Part shown: positions 8,104 to 16,565 of the stretch, piece after piece | Layout: each line of letters starts with the position of its first letter | How positions within the stretch are numbered: the stretch's first letter is position 1 | Origin: Chlamydiales bacterium | GTDB lineage: Bacteria > Chlamydiota > Chlamydiia > Chlamydiales > JAAKFR01 | Direction of reading: 5' to 3' | Length of the DNA: 64,000 nucleotides | NCBI GenBank assembly: GCA_020831465.1 | Contig: JAFIGI010000059.1 | Coordinates: 1,357-65,356 of the forward strand | Translations under genes and position numbers: made by a program | The notes under the pieces: model-generated | The model's input: the letters and a program-made list of their open reading frames with translations, nothing else | What the model was told of the DNA's origin: nothing | The model's database searches: none

Positions 8104-9126
8104 ATGTCAATACAGATTAATCCCTATCAAGGCACCTGGAACCCCATTGAAAAGAACCAACAATCCCAACTCGAAAAATCCTCATTTTTGATTCATAAAA
8201 TCAACAAGCTTGCCACTTATCGCGTTGTTTCTTGGAATGTAGGAACGACAAGAGACTATTCTAACATGCGTTTCCTTTACAAAGAGATAAAGTCCGGAGC
8301 TACGTTTTTAGATGCCTATACTAAGCTCATAAGAAATCCTCCTTTCCATACTTCTAATGATGAAAAGGGGGAACGAGTTGAGCTTTTTCAGAAGGCATTT
8401 AAACAATTCGGAAACCCTGATATTATTTGCCTGCAAGAAAGTTGGGAGATGCCCTCAGAAACTCTTTCGACAGTTTTGCCAAGTGGGTATTGCTATTTTA
8501 GAGATCCCGATCAAGATGGCTGTATAGCCTGGAACGCTTCTAAATTCTCTAAATTAAATCACGCCAAACTTATTTACAATTATGAATATATTCCGAGCAT
8601 TAACTCCTCGCCAGATACGATTGTATTATTAAAAGATAACATTCATGAGACGATTATCTGTGTAGGAAGTGCACACTTACGCGGTTTTTCGTTAGCTTAT
8701 AATAACATTTTTGATGAAAAGCTTAAAAAATTGGAATTACGCAAGGCTGAGGCAGGTGATAATCAAACAAGGTATGATCTTAATACTATGAATGCCATTG
8801 AGGCTGACCTTTACATTTTTACTGGGGATTTTAATGTGACCTCAAACCACTATCCGGCGCGCTTGAATATTATCGAAAGTTACGGTTATGTAAGTGACTT
8901 AAATGACACTTCGCCGACAATCTTCGATGCTAATCTGAAAGAGGATGATAAAGGGAGACCTAAACCTGCAAAACTTGATTATTTTTTTGTAAAAGAGGGT
9001 AAAGGGAGCGTTGTTGGAATTAAAAGCGATGCCCTTTTGGGACCTTTAAGCGATTTCAATAGACCTTCCGACCATCTACCTATCAGAGCCCAGATTACCC
9101 ATCTCCGAGCTGATCCCAACAATTGA
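8104..9126 (+). CDS. Endonuclease/exonuclease/phosphatase (EEP) family protein; effector candidate
   Basis: EEP catalytic motifs occur in the correct order: IICLQESW (Glu), GSAHL, FTGDFNV and RPSDHLPI (Asp-His). There is no signal peptide, and the gene is visibly AT-rich. Confidence 0.75.
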   Translation: MSIQINPYQGTWNPIEKNQQSQLEKSSFLIHKINKLATYRVVSWNVGTTRDYSNMRFLYKEIKSGATFLDAYTKLIRNPPFHTSNDEKGERVELFQKAFKQFGNPDIICLQESWEMPSETLSTVLPSGYCYFRDPDQDGCIAWNASKFSKLNHAKLIYNYEYIPSINSSPDTIVLLKDNIHETIICVGSAHLRGFSLAYNNIFDEKLKKLELRKAEAGDNQTRYDLNTMNAIEADLYIFTGDFNVTSNHYPARLNIIESYGYVSDLNDTSPTIFDANLKEDDKGRPKPAKLDYFFVKEGKGSVVGIKSDALLGPLSDFNRPSDHLPIRAQITHLRADPNN

Positions 9127-9362
9127 AATTAAATGCATAAAGTAAGGTTGCGGAATCGTTTAGATTTACAAGGCCGTTTTGGAGCTCAAATTTTTAAATT
9201 TGAGTAAGAAACGATCTTGCAAAGTATAAGGAGCGCGACAAAGTCTGCTCAAAACAAATTGGTCCCAACGAGTGAGGCGTAGCCTTGGAAGGCTACTCTT
9301 AGCTAGTAATTTAATATCCATTAATCAAATCTTTAAAATACTAAAATTAACATAAAATTAAT

Positions 9363-10649
9363 ATGAATATGCTAAAATCTTCGAAAAATTTACCAAATAA
9401 ACAATATAACCAAATAAATATTATGTATTCATGCACTCAAATTAAAGAAGATAGATGTGATTCATCTCAATATATCCAAAGGCTTCCTGACAAACAAAAA
9501 AACAATAAAAGTACAGCAAATGCCTTATTTAAACATTTTCAAGAAAATTTCCATAATATAAAACTATGCGAAACAACAGCTACTCAATTGCAACCTTTTT
9601 CGAATGGTGGCATTAATTCTCCGCTTTGGGCCATTTCTCAAAATATACGCATCAAAAAAAAATTCGACGAGAGGGATCTTCTCATATCAAGAATGAAACA
9701 GTTATATGATGAATTAGTGGCTTCGGGAAAATTAACTGTTGAAAACGGGAAGATCTCAGGTTCATATAGGGGTGAAAAATACCTCTTCGATTTACCTGCT
9801 GAGTGGAGTCAGAATGAAAGCGCATTTGAGGCGAGGGAATTTGTAAACCCTCGACAAGCAAATAAAGAAAGGGAAGCTTTTTGGAATCAAATTATTGCCG
9901 AAGCAATTGATCGCTCTCCGGGAGCGATGGTTGATAAACTGCCTGAAGAGAGACGCGCTAAGGTATTGCGTGAAGAGTGGCTCGTTGATGATCCGCTAAC
10001 CGGCATATGCACAGGGCTTGCTCTTGAATTTTTATTAGAGAGCGAAATGAATGGAATCCCTGAATCGATCATGCCCTCTAAAGAATCGCGTTACTGGGAA
10101 AAACTGCTTATCCCGGTTATTGAGAAGGTGATGCTCTATTACTATTCGGATCATCCTGATCAACTCAATCAGAAGCGTCATTACAGAGCAGTTTACGAAG
10201 AAATGATACAAATCATAGAAACGAAATCCCATTTAAAAGCATTTATCCATTCCTTGCACGCTCCCTTGTCTCAATTAGGTAAGAAACTAGAATCGAAGCA
10301 AGGACACTCTTTGGTAATCATTGAATCACCAGGAATGCCTATCGCTGCCAATCATACGATCTATTTCAATGCCGCTAATCGGACAATTGCAGACAATAGC
10401 GTTATTATTCGTGTTCCTCAGGAAGACAATTATGGCGCTTTTGTAGATTTTTATATCAAAAGAATGGAGTACCATAAAGGGGCCGATAGTTTTACACTTA
10501 TTTACGTATCCCAAGACCCGCAGTTTAGCAACGTTCGTAAATCTTCAATGATTGATCGAATTTCTCTCTCTGCAGAAATCGCATTTAATTATTTGATGAA
10601 AGAGATGAGGGTTCCGAATTCTTCACTTAAGGACTACGAAATTCGTTAA
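9363..10649 (+). CDS. Hypothetical protein (428 aa); possible papain-fold Cys/His enzyme
   Basis: Intact AT-rich ORF with no signal peptide. TGICTGLALEFLL followed by GHSLVIIES....ANHTIYFNAANRTIAD loosely resembles the Cys...His...Asp order of YopT/C58-type proteases. This is from memory and weak. Confidence 0.6.
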   Translation: MNMLKSSKNLPNKQYNQINIMYSCTQIKEDRCDSSQYIQRLPDKQKNNKSTANALFKHFQENFHNIKLCETTATQLQPFSNGGINSPLWAISQNIRIKKKFDERDLLISRMKQLYDELVASGKLTVENGKISGSYRGEKYLFDLPAEWSQNESAFEAREFVNPRQANKEREAFWNQIIAEAIDRSPGAMVDKLPEERRAKVLREEWLVDDPLTGICTGLALEFLLESEMNGIPESIMPSKESRYWEKLLIPVIEKVMLYYYSDHPDQLNQKRHYRAVYEEMIQIIETKSHLKAFIHSLHAPLSQLGKKLESKQGHSLVIIESPGMPIAANHTIYFNAANRTIADNSVIIRVPQEDNYGAFVDFYIKRMEYHKGADSFTLIYVSQDPQFSNVRKSSMIDRISLSAEIAFNYLMKEMRVPNSSLKDYEIR

Positions 10650-10695
10650 GAAAAGGCCGGACAAATTTTTCTGAAGAAAAAGGTGTCCGGCAATT

Positions 10696-10777
10696 TGCCC
10701 AGAAGAGGACTCGAACCTCCATGCCTTGCGGCACCAAAACCTGAATCTGGCGTGTCTACCAATTCCACCATCTGGGC
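10696..10777 (-). tRNA. tRNA-Leu (anticodon CAG)
   Basis: The reverse complement is GCCCAGATGGTGGAATTGGTAGACACGCCAGATTCAGGTTTTGGTGCCGCAAGGCATGGAGGTTCGAGTCCTCTTCTGGGCA. It folds with a 7-bp acceptor stem, a D-arm, the anticodon loop TTCAGGT, a long variable arm and the GGTTCGAGTCC T-loop. CCA is not encoded. Confidence 0.92.
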
Positions 10778-10810
10778 GTAATAGAGTCGATTAAGTTTGA
10801 AACGAATGAT

Positions 10811-10892
<82 letters not shown>

Positions 10893-11041
10893 ATTTGCGT
10901 GATGGATAAATTTTAGTTTTTTGCCCTCTTTAAGTCAACATTGGGTTGCCCGAAATGATGGATTAGAGTAGCTTAGGAACCTCTCATACAAGAGCTGTGT
11001 TGAAAAAGTTAGAAAAGCGCGAGTGAAGGAGGGCTAAAGTT

Positions 11042-12340
11042 ATGGGTGATGTCAATGCGGCAACCGTCTTACACGCAGATCAACAAGCCGAAACAAAAAC
11101 ACCGACTAAAAACCAAGGCACGCTGAAAGCCGACGGAAAAGAGCATACTTTCTTTGCTTTTTCCGAAACCGCATCTGTCTCACACGGAGTGAACGATTTC
11201 CTAGGCGAGATCAACGAGAAGGCCGATCTGCCTGAAACAATTCTCGAAGAACATACGTTTACTGTGATCACCCAGGAAACAATCGAGATTGAGAGTGAGA
11301 TTATGCTCCTCTCAGAGGAGCTCAAACCGCTAACTGAGGAAAAAAAATCTGACTCTCCTAAAGAACCGCAAGGCAGAACAACGGGGAAGACGGCTCAGAC
11401 GCAAAATGGGCTCGAGGCAAATTCTCTGCCTAAAAGCGGTGGGCCGCAGACCACGCAGCAGCAAGGGGCAAAAGGCGAGCAACCGGAGGTCGTCTATTCC
11501 TCACTCTTCTCACTAGCCCATTCTTTCAACAAAGGGTTGGCGGATGCTCGAAAAGCGTCGCAAGCCGACCAGCAACAAAGGCAGCCGGAAACGCGCGATC
11601 AGAGGCGTCTCAACCAAACCGCCGTTTTTACTCAACCCCAAACACCCAGTCGAGAAACGCACTTTTCTGAAACACGACAGGAGCGCGACCAAGAAAAGGA
11701 TGAGGAGCAAAAGGAGGGTTCGGGAGGTAATCAAGAGGGCCGGCAGCAGCAGAAGAAAGAGGAGGAGCAGAAGAAGCGGCGCGAAGTATTTAACCTGAAA
11801 GTGAGCCGGAAGGTGAGCGGGACACAGCCTCTTCGGGAGGAATCAGCAGGCACCGAGGGCAGCTCTGCTAAAAAGGCAAGCCAGTCGCTTGGAAGTGTCG
11901 AAAACATCTATATTCGGTTTATGGCACTAATGGCACGTATTTTGGGGCAGGCTGAAGCGGAAGCGCATGACCTGTATATGCGTATCAAAGAGCGAACCGA
12001 CAATATAGACCTTTTAACCCTCCTTATTTCTAAAATCAATTCCGAACAAGGCGCGATTGATTGGACCAATAATCAAGAGATGAAGCAGTTAATCGAAAAG
12101 GCGCGCGCTTTTGGGGTGGATATCGCCCAAGGGAAGCTGAAATGGAGTGAAGATGAGAAAAAACTGCTCAAAGAGAATATCCAGATGCGCAAAGACAGCA
12201 TGGAAAAGGTCACCCAGCTGGAACGTACGGATATGCAACGCTACCTGCAAGAGGCGTCACAGTGCCACCAGGCCCGCTCGAATGTGCTGAAGCTACTCAA
12301 AGAGGTGATGGATACCATCATCCACAACATGAGACCGTAA
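11042..12340 (+). CDS. T3SS-locus protein upstream of the translocator chaperone (in the position of C. trachomatis CT863); candidate secreted or tip-like protein
   Basis: The N-terminal half is acidic/basic and low-complexity. The C-terminal ~170 aa are helical (IYIRFMALMARILGQAEAEAHDLYMRIKE...QRYLQEASQCHQARSNVLKLLKEVMDTIIHNM). The stop lies 2 nt before the chaperone start. Function is inferred from position only. Confidence 0.6.
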   Translation: MGDVNAATVLHADQQAETKTPTKNQGTLKADGKEHTFFAFSETASVSHGVNDFLGEINEKADLPETILEEHTFTVITQETIEIESEIMLLSEELKPLTEEKKSDSPKEPQGRTTGKTAQTQNGLEANSLPKSGGPQTTQQQGAKGEQPEVVYSSLFSLAHSFNKGLADARKASQADQQQRQPETRDQRRLNQTAVFTQPQTPSRETHFSETRQERDQEKDEEQKEGSGGNQEGRQQQKKEEEQKKRREVFNLKVSRKVSGTQPLREESAGTEGSSAKKASQSLGSVENIYIRFMALMARILGQAEAEAHDLYMRIKERTDNIDLLTLLISKINSEQGAIDWTNNQEMKQLIEKARAFGVDIAQGKLKWSEDEKKLLKENIQMRKDSMEKVTQLERTDMQRYLQEASQCHQARSNVLKLLKEVMDTIIHNMRP

Positions 12341-12342
12341 GA

Positions 12343-12867
12343 ATGAGGTTAAAAACGCTGCTCCGCCGCATAGCGCTTCAGAGGCAAGAGGAATTCCCTT
12401 TTCCTGAAGATATTGAGAGCTATGTAGAGGAATTTGTGCCTAACGTTCTACTCAAAAGCGAGACATTGCAGCGGGCTTTCGGAATTACGGATTACGAAAT
12501 GGAAAAACTCTATGAAGAGGCGTACGAGCTTTATGAAGCCAACGCCTACCAAGAGGCCCTCAACCTCTTCCGCTGGCTTCTTCTGTTCAACTCCTATGAA
12601 GCGAAGTATTGGATGGGGTTCGCTGCTGCTCTTCAACTTCTCGAACGCTACGAAAAGGCGCTGCATGCCTACGCGGTTGCCTCCCTTCTCGATTCGAAAA
12701 GCCCTTACCCACATTTTCATGCATACGAGTGCTACATATTACTGAATAACAGGGATGATGCTGATAAAGCTCTCAAGCTTGCCTATCAGCGTTGCGACGG
12801 CAAGGCTGCCTACGATGAATTGAAAAACGAAATTGAGCGGTCGCTTCCAAGGGCTGCTCTTATTTGA
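12343..12867 (+). CDS. lcrH: Class II T3SS chaperone (LcrH/SycD/Scc family, TPR)
   Basis: The ORF is trimmed to the ATG at 12343 (MRLKTLL...). LYEEAYELYEANAYQEALNLFRWLLLFNSYEAKYWMGFAAALQLLERYEKALHAYAVASLLDSKSPYPHFHAYECYILLNN aligns residue pattern for residue pattern with the SycD/LcrH TPR core as I recall it. Confidence 0.88.
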   Translation: MRLKTLLRRIALQRQEEFPFPEDIESYVEEFVPNVLLKSETLQRAFGITDYEMEKLYEEAYELYEANAYQEALNLFRWLLLFNSYEAKYWMGFAAALQLLERYEKALHAYAVASLLDSKSPYPHFHAYECYILLNNRDDADKALKLAYQRCDGKAAYDELKNEIERSLPRAALI

Positions 12868-12877
12868 GGAGGTACCC

Positions 12878-14479
12878 ATGTCTTTCGGAGTACAAACGAC
12901 ATACCCAACCGCTGCTTTTGGTGAACTTGCTGCAGGTGAAGGAGAAGAAACTCAACAAGCACAATCCGACATCGACTTGTCTATACCCGAACCCAAAGGG
13001 GATATGCGATCAGCACAAAAGACCTATACTCTATCACTACGATCTGAAACTCCCGAATCCCCACAATTGCGGGCCTATATCTCCAATACGGGGGCAAAAA
13101 ACTCGATCAAACTCAATAATTCACCGATGCAATTAGCTTCGACCACTTATGGTCATTCAGCTTCAGCTCCGTCTAATCCGACCGGAAAAGTACTCTCTCA
13201 GCCATTTTCGATGCCGCAAACCTCTGGAAAGACCGCTTCCACGCAGAATGCATTCACAAATGGGGCGGATCAAGCTCAAACCGGCAAATTTCAAATAATC
13301 ACAGCCCCTGCTGCACCCAAAGGGGTTCTCCCCCAAGAGCCTCTCCTGCCACGAAATGAGGTGAGACGAAACGTCGAGCGATCCGTGAATAAGACGACCG
13401 ATGCTCAAAATCGATCGGTTGAACGTAGGGAGGGCCGCACCCAATCCCCATCTCTTCAATCGCGAACGTGGACAAAGGAAGAGACTTCCCAATGGTGGGA
13501 GCAACGCTATCATCAAAAAGAGCGCGACGGTCAAAAACAGGGGCAAAGAGAGGAACAAGAGCAGCAGGAGCAGCATCCTGATAAAAAGAAGAAAAAATCG
13601 GTGGCCGGGGTCTCCGCTCTATGGCCGAATAAAAAACTCCCGCGGATCCCTCAAAATCAACCGGAAGGAGGCGCGGAGAAAATCATGAAAAAGCCGACTT
13701 TGAAGAAGCCTCAGACAGGTATCTTCGCCCTTTATTACATTTTGACCAAAATCGGTATACTCTCGGATGGGACCTCCAATTTCTCTTACAAAAAGGAGAT
13801 TGAAACGATTGATGCCGAAACAACGCAAGCGTACAAAAAGCGACTTGGTGAAATGAAGGAAGCGATCGAAAAAGAAAAAGAAGCCGAGCAGTGGGGAATT
13901 GCAACAAAAGTATTCTCATGGATGGGTGCTTTGATCAGTATCGTCGCAGGCGTGGCCTTGATCGCAACAGGCGTTGGAGCTGTTGCAGGAGCGATGATGA
14001 TTGCCGGTGGAATAATCCAACTCACCAATCAGATCCTCGAAATCACCGGAGGTTGGAAAAAAATCGCCGAACTTTTACCGGGCGACGACCCGGAGAAAAA
14101 GAGGGCTGTGATTAACTGGATTCAAATAGGCATCGCCGTCCTCTGTCTCATTCTTTCGGGAGTGGGGGTAATCTGGGGCGGGTATGCCAACTTTGGGGAA
14201 GCGATGCAGACGGCAATGGCCCTATTCGGCGGGATAGCAGCTATGGGGCACGGTGCAACCACAATCGGCGGGGGAATCACCTCCTTCATGTATAAAGAGA
14301 GGATGTCAGAAGTAAGACGGTACGAGAAAATTCTTGCCGAGCTCAAGCACAAGCGGCGCGATTTAATGGAGAGGGTCGATTGGGGTGTCGACCGCCTCGA
14401 ACAGCTATTTGAGGATCTTGCAAAAACACTTGAATTTGAAGTTGAGCTCTTTAGAGCGGATCAAATGGTCAACCGATAG
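12878..14479 (+). CDS. copB: T3SS hydrophobic translocator, CopB/YopB/IpaB class
   Basis: The start is set at the ATG at 12878, which follows a GAGGAGG RBS. The N-terminal half is disordered. The C-terminal part has coiled-coil segments and two long hydrophobic domains (VFSWMGALISIVAGVALIATGVGAVAGAMMIAGGIIQL and WIQIGIAVLCLILSGVGVIWGGY...LFGGIAAMGHGATTIGGGI). It lies directly after the class II chaperone. Confidence 0.82.
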   Translation: MSFGVQTTYPTAAFGELAAGEGEETQQAQSDIDLSIPEPKGDMRSAQKTYTLSLRSETPESPQLRAYISNTGAKNSIKLNNSPMQLASTTYGHSASAPSNPTGKVLSQPFSMPQTSGKTASTQNAFTNGADQAQTGKFQIITAPAAPKGVLPQEPLLPRNEVRRNVERSVNKTTDAQNRSVERREGRTQSPSLQSRTWTKEETSQWWEQRYHQKERDGQKQGQREEQEQQEQHPDKKKKKSVAGVSALWPNKKLPRIPQNQPEGGAEKIMKKPTLKKPQTGIFALYYILTKIGILSDGTSNFSYKKEIETIDAETTQAYKKRLGEMKEAIEKEKEAEQWGIATKVFSWMGALISIVAGVALIATGVGAVAGAMMIAGGIIQLTNQILEITGGWKKIAELLPGDDPEKKRAVINWIQIGIAVLCLILSGVGVIWGGYANFGEAMQTAMALFGGIAAMGHGATTIGGGITSFMYKERMSEVRRYEKILAELKHKRRDLMERVDWGVDRLEQLFEDLAKTLEFEVELFRADQMVNR

Positions 14480-14488
14480 GAGGGAGAA

Positions 14489-15910
14489 ATGGGAGCAGTA
14501 GTCGCACAACCTTCAAGCACAATCATGGCTGAGATCGCCTTAGCCAACGAAGCTTCAGGAGCTGAAGAGATCTTTTTTCCGGGTGAGGCTGGTCTTGGGG
14601 AAATTCCCCAGCACCCCGGCTCGTTGCAGGGAAACGAAGGGAAGCTCTACACATTCATCCCGCTTGACCAGACACCTTTGTCGCAAAAGACAACTGAGTA
14701 TTTCTCTGAAAAGCAACAGCCAAAAGAGGAAAAGTTCTTTGATCCAGGGAAAACCGACCACCTCTCCTACAAAGAACCGGAATCGATCCGTACAAAGGAG
14801 TTTCAAGTAAAAAAAATAGACGAAGAACATGGAGGCAAGTCCAGCAAAAGATCCTCTCAAACTCTAGCAAAAACTGATCAAGCCGGTCAGGAATTTCTAA
14901 AGGCATCCGGCCGACCCCTTCCGACCCCCCTTTCCCTACCACGAGAGATGATGCAGACTAAGACTGCATCGCCTATTGCAAAACCGCTATCTCAGGGGGA
15001 GAAGCAGATCGAGAAACCTGCCTTTGTGAAAGGAGAAAAGGAGGTCGCCCAAAGACGCGATAAAAGTGAGGGGCGCACCCAACAAAAGAACCAAGTGGAG
15101 CAGCGGGAAGGGCGGCAGTCGGTCGAAAATCGGGTGGCCCGCGAACAGGAAAAAACAGACGATAGGCAGGAGCAGCAGAAGCGGAAAGAGGAGCAAGAAG
15201 AGGGATTTTGCGAAGATGAACACCGACGAAATCAGGATCAGGATGATTCCAACGACCGTGAAAATAAGGTCGAAGCAGTCGAAAAGAAGGGCCTCAATCC
15301 TGAAGAAGTTCTTGCCTATGCAGCTGATGAGTCCAGACTTCTTACAGAGCTCTTAAACATGCGCGTCAATCATTTTGACGTTCTCGTCCTTTTTATCGAA
15401 GTGATGAAGATTTCGCTTAAAGGAAGGGAACAGGAACGAAAGTCTCGAATGCAGGAGCGCGAACTGCAGCTTCAACATATTCAAAATATGGTCGACAATT
15501 TCAAGCAGCAGGGAAAGTGGATGCTCTTTTCAAACTTAGGTGCAGGCGTCCTAGCAATCGCATCGGGTCTCTCCCCTATCGTTGGCCATATGAAGGGTGA
15601 TTGGATCCGCGACAAACTCGGTGGCATTTTCAGCAGCCTCCAGGAAATGGAGAAGGATAAATTTTTCGAGGGAGTTACGAAGATGACCTTTGCGATGTCG
15701 GAGATGTATAAGAGCACAGGGCAGATTCAAAATACCTTTGCCGAGAGCGGCCGCACATACGACCAGCACATGGCCGAAATCCGTAAGACCGATTGGGAGG
15801 AAGAGACGCGGACGATGGACGAGTTGAAGGAGATGTGGAAGAATATGGAGAGTTTTCTTCACCAGTCGCTCCAGATGCATCACGATGCGATCCGGCAGCT
15901 TTATAGCTAA
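14489..15910 (+). CDS. copD: T3SS second translocator, CopD/YopD class
   Basis: An AGGAGGGAG RBS lies upstream. The N-terminal half is charged and disordered. There is a single central hydrophobic domain (WMLFSNLGAGVLAIASGLSPIVGHM) and an amphipathic C-terminus. It occupies the position after the copB-like gene. Confidence 0.75.
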   Translation: MGAVVAQPSSTIMAEIALANEASGAEEIFFPGEAGLGEIPQHPGSLQGNEGKLYTFIPLDQTPLSQKTTEYFSEKQQPKEEKFFDPGKTDHLSYKEPESIRTKEFQVKKIDEEHGGKSSKRSSQTLAKTDQAGQEFLKASGRPLPTPLSLPREMMQTKTASPIAKPLSQGEKQIEKPAFVKGEKEVAQRRDKSEGRTQQKNQVEQREGRQSVENRVAREQEKTDDRQEQQKRKEEQEEGFCEDEHRRNQDQDDSNDRENKVEAVEKKGLNPEEVLAYAADESRLLTELLNMRVNHFDVLVLFIEVMKISLKGREQERKSRMQERELQLQHIQNMVDNFKQQGKWMLFSNLGAGVLAIASGLSPIVGHMKGDWIRDKLGGIFSSLQEMEKDKFFEGVTKMTFAMSEMYKSTGQIQNTFAESGRTYDQHMAEIRKTDWEEETRTMDELKEMWKNMESFLHQSLQMHHDAIRQLYS

Positions 15911-16564
15911 TTAATTTTTTATGCTTAAGTAGACCTCTGCTTTTCCCCAAGGAAAGCGCGCCGTAAACTGCTTGGCAAGGGTGAAGGCATCGGAATAGTC
16001 CGTTAAGGGGTAGCTGACTGTGATCACTTTCGCTCCGCTTTTCATCTCTTCGAAGCGCGCAGCTAGCCTTTCGATCGCCTCCTCTCCCAAACAGGTCCCA
16101 TAAAGATAGACCGCGGTGGCCTTTCGGAAGTTTGTTTCCAACATATCTTGAAGAAGAAACTCGGTTTGATCAAGCCTTAACCACTCTTTGATGCGGTTTG
16201 CACGGTCGATAAATGTCGGCTGGTAGTCGATACCGACCACTCGACACTTGACGAAGTGGTGGAGCCAGAAAATCGTACGCCCCGATCCGCAACCGACTTC
16301 GTAAAGGACATCTTTAGAAAGGATGCCACACCGGCGCATGATCCAGTCAAGAGTAGTTAAAGGGGTTTCCCCGTAGGTGTAGATATTTTTTTCTCCCCTC
16401 TCCTTCATGAACCTTTTGCTCTCTCGATGCGGATTGCGAAAAAGATAATGGCTGGCTAAAAGAAGATCGTTAAGCAGAAAGGGAAGGTTGCGATAGTAGC
16501 GCAAGAGGCTACGAAATCCTTCAAAAAGGCGGAAAAATGTGGCGCGTAAATTAAGAAGAATCAT
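15911..16564 (-). CDS. Class I SAM-dependent methyltransferase
   Basis: VLYEVGCGSGRTIFWL is SAM motif I, and VVGIDYQP is motif II. It is convergent with and abuts the copD stop. Confidence 0.75.
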   Translation of the reverse strand: MILLNLRATFFRLFEGFRSLLRYYRNLPFLLNDLLLASHYLFRNPHRESKRFMKERGEKNIYTYGETPLTTLDWIMRRCGILSKDVLYEVGCGSGRTIFWLHHFVKCRVVGIDYQPTFIDRANRIKEWLRLDQTEFLLQDMLETNFRKATAVYLYGTCLGEEAIERLAARFEEMKSGAKVITVSYPLTDYSDAFTLAKQFTARFPWGKAEVYLSIKN

Positions 16565-16565
16565 T

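Noticed and set aside
9185-9296. Two small hairpins downstream of the EEP gene (CTCAAATTT..AAATTTGAG and GTAGCC-TTGGAA-GGCTAC) as possible terminators.
   Set aside because: The first is AT-only with a 2-nt loop. The second is 6 bp with no U-tract. Both are too weak to call from sequence alone.
11500-11800. Charged low-complexity regions of the T3SS-locus proteins as possible DNA tandem repeats or phase-variable tracts.
   Set aside because: I found no exact nucleotide tandem repeats. The bias is at the amino-acid composition level (E/K/Q/R). The only shared DNA string is reported separately as the EGRTQ kernel.
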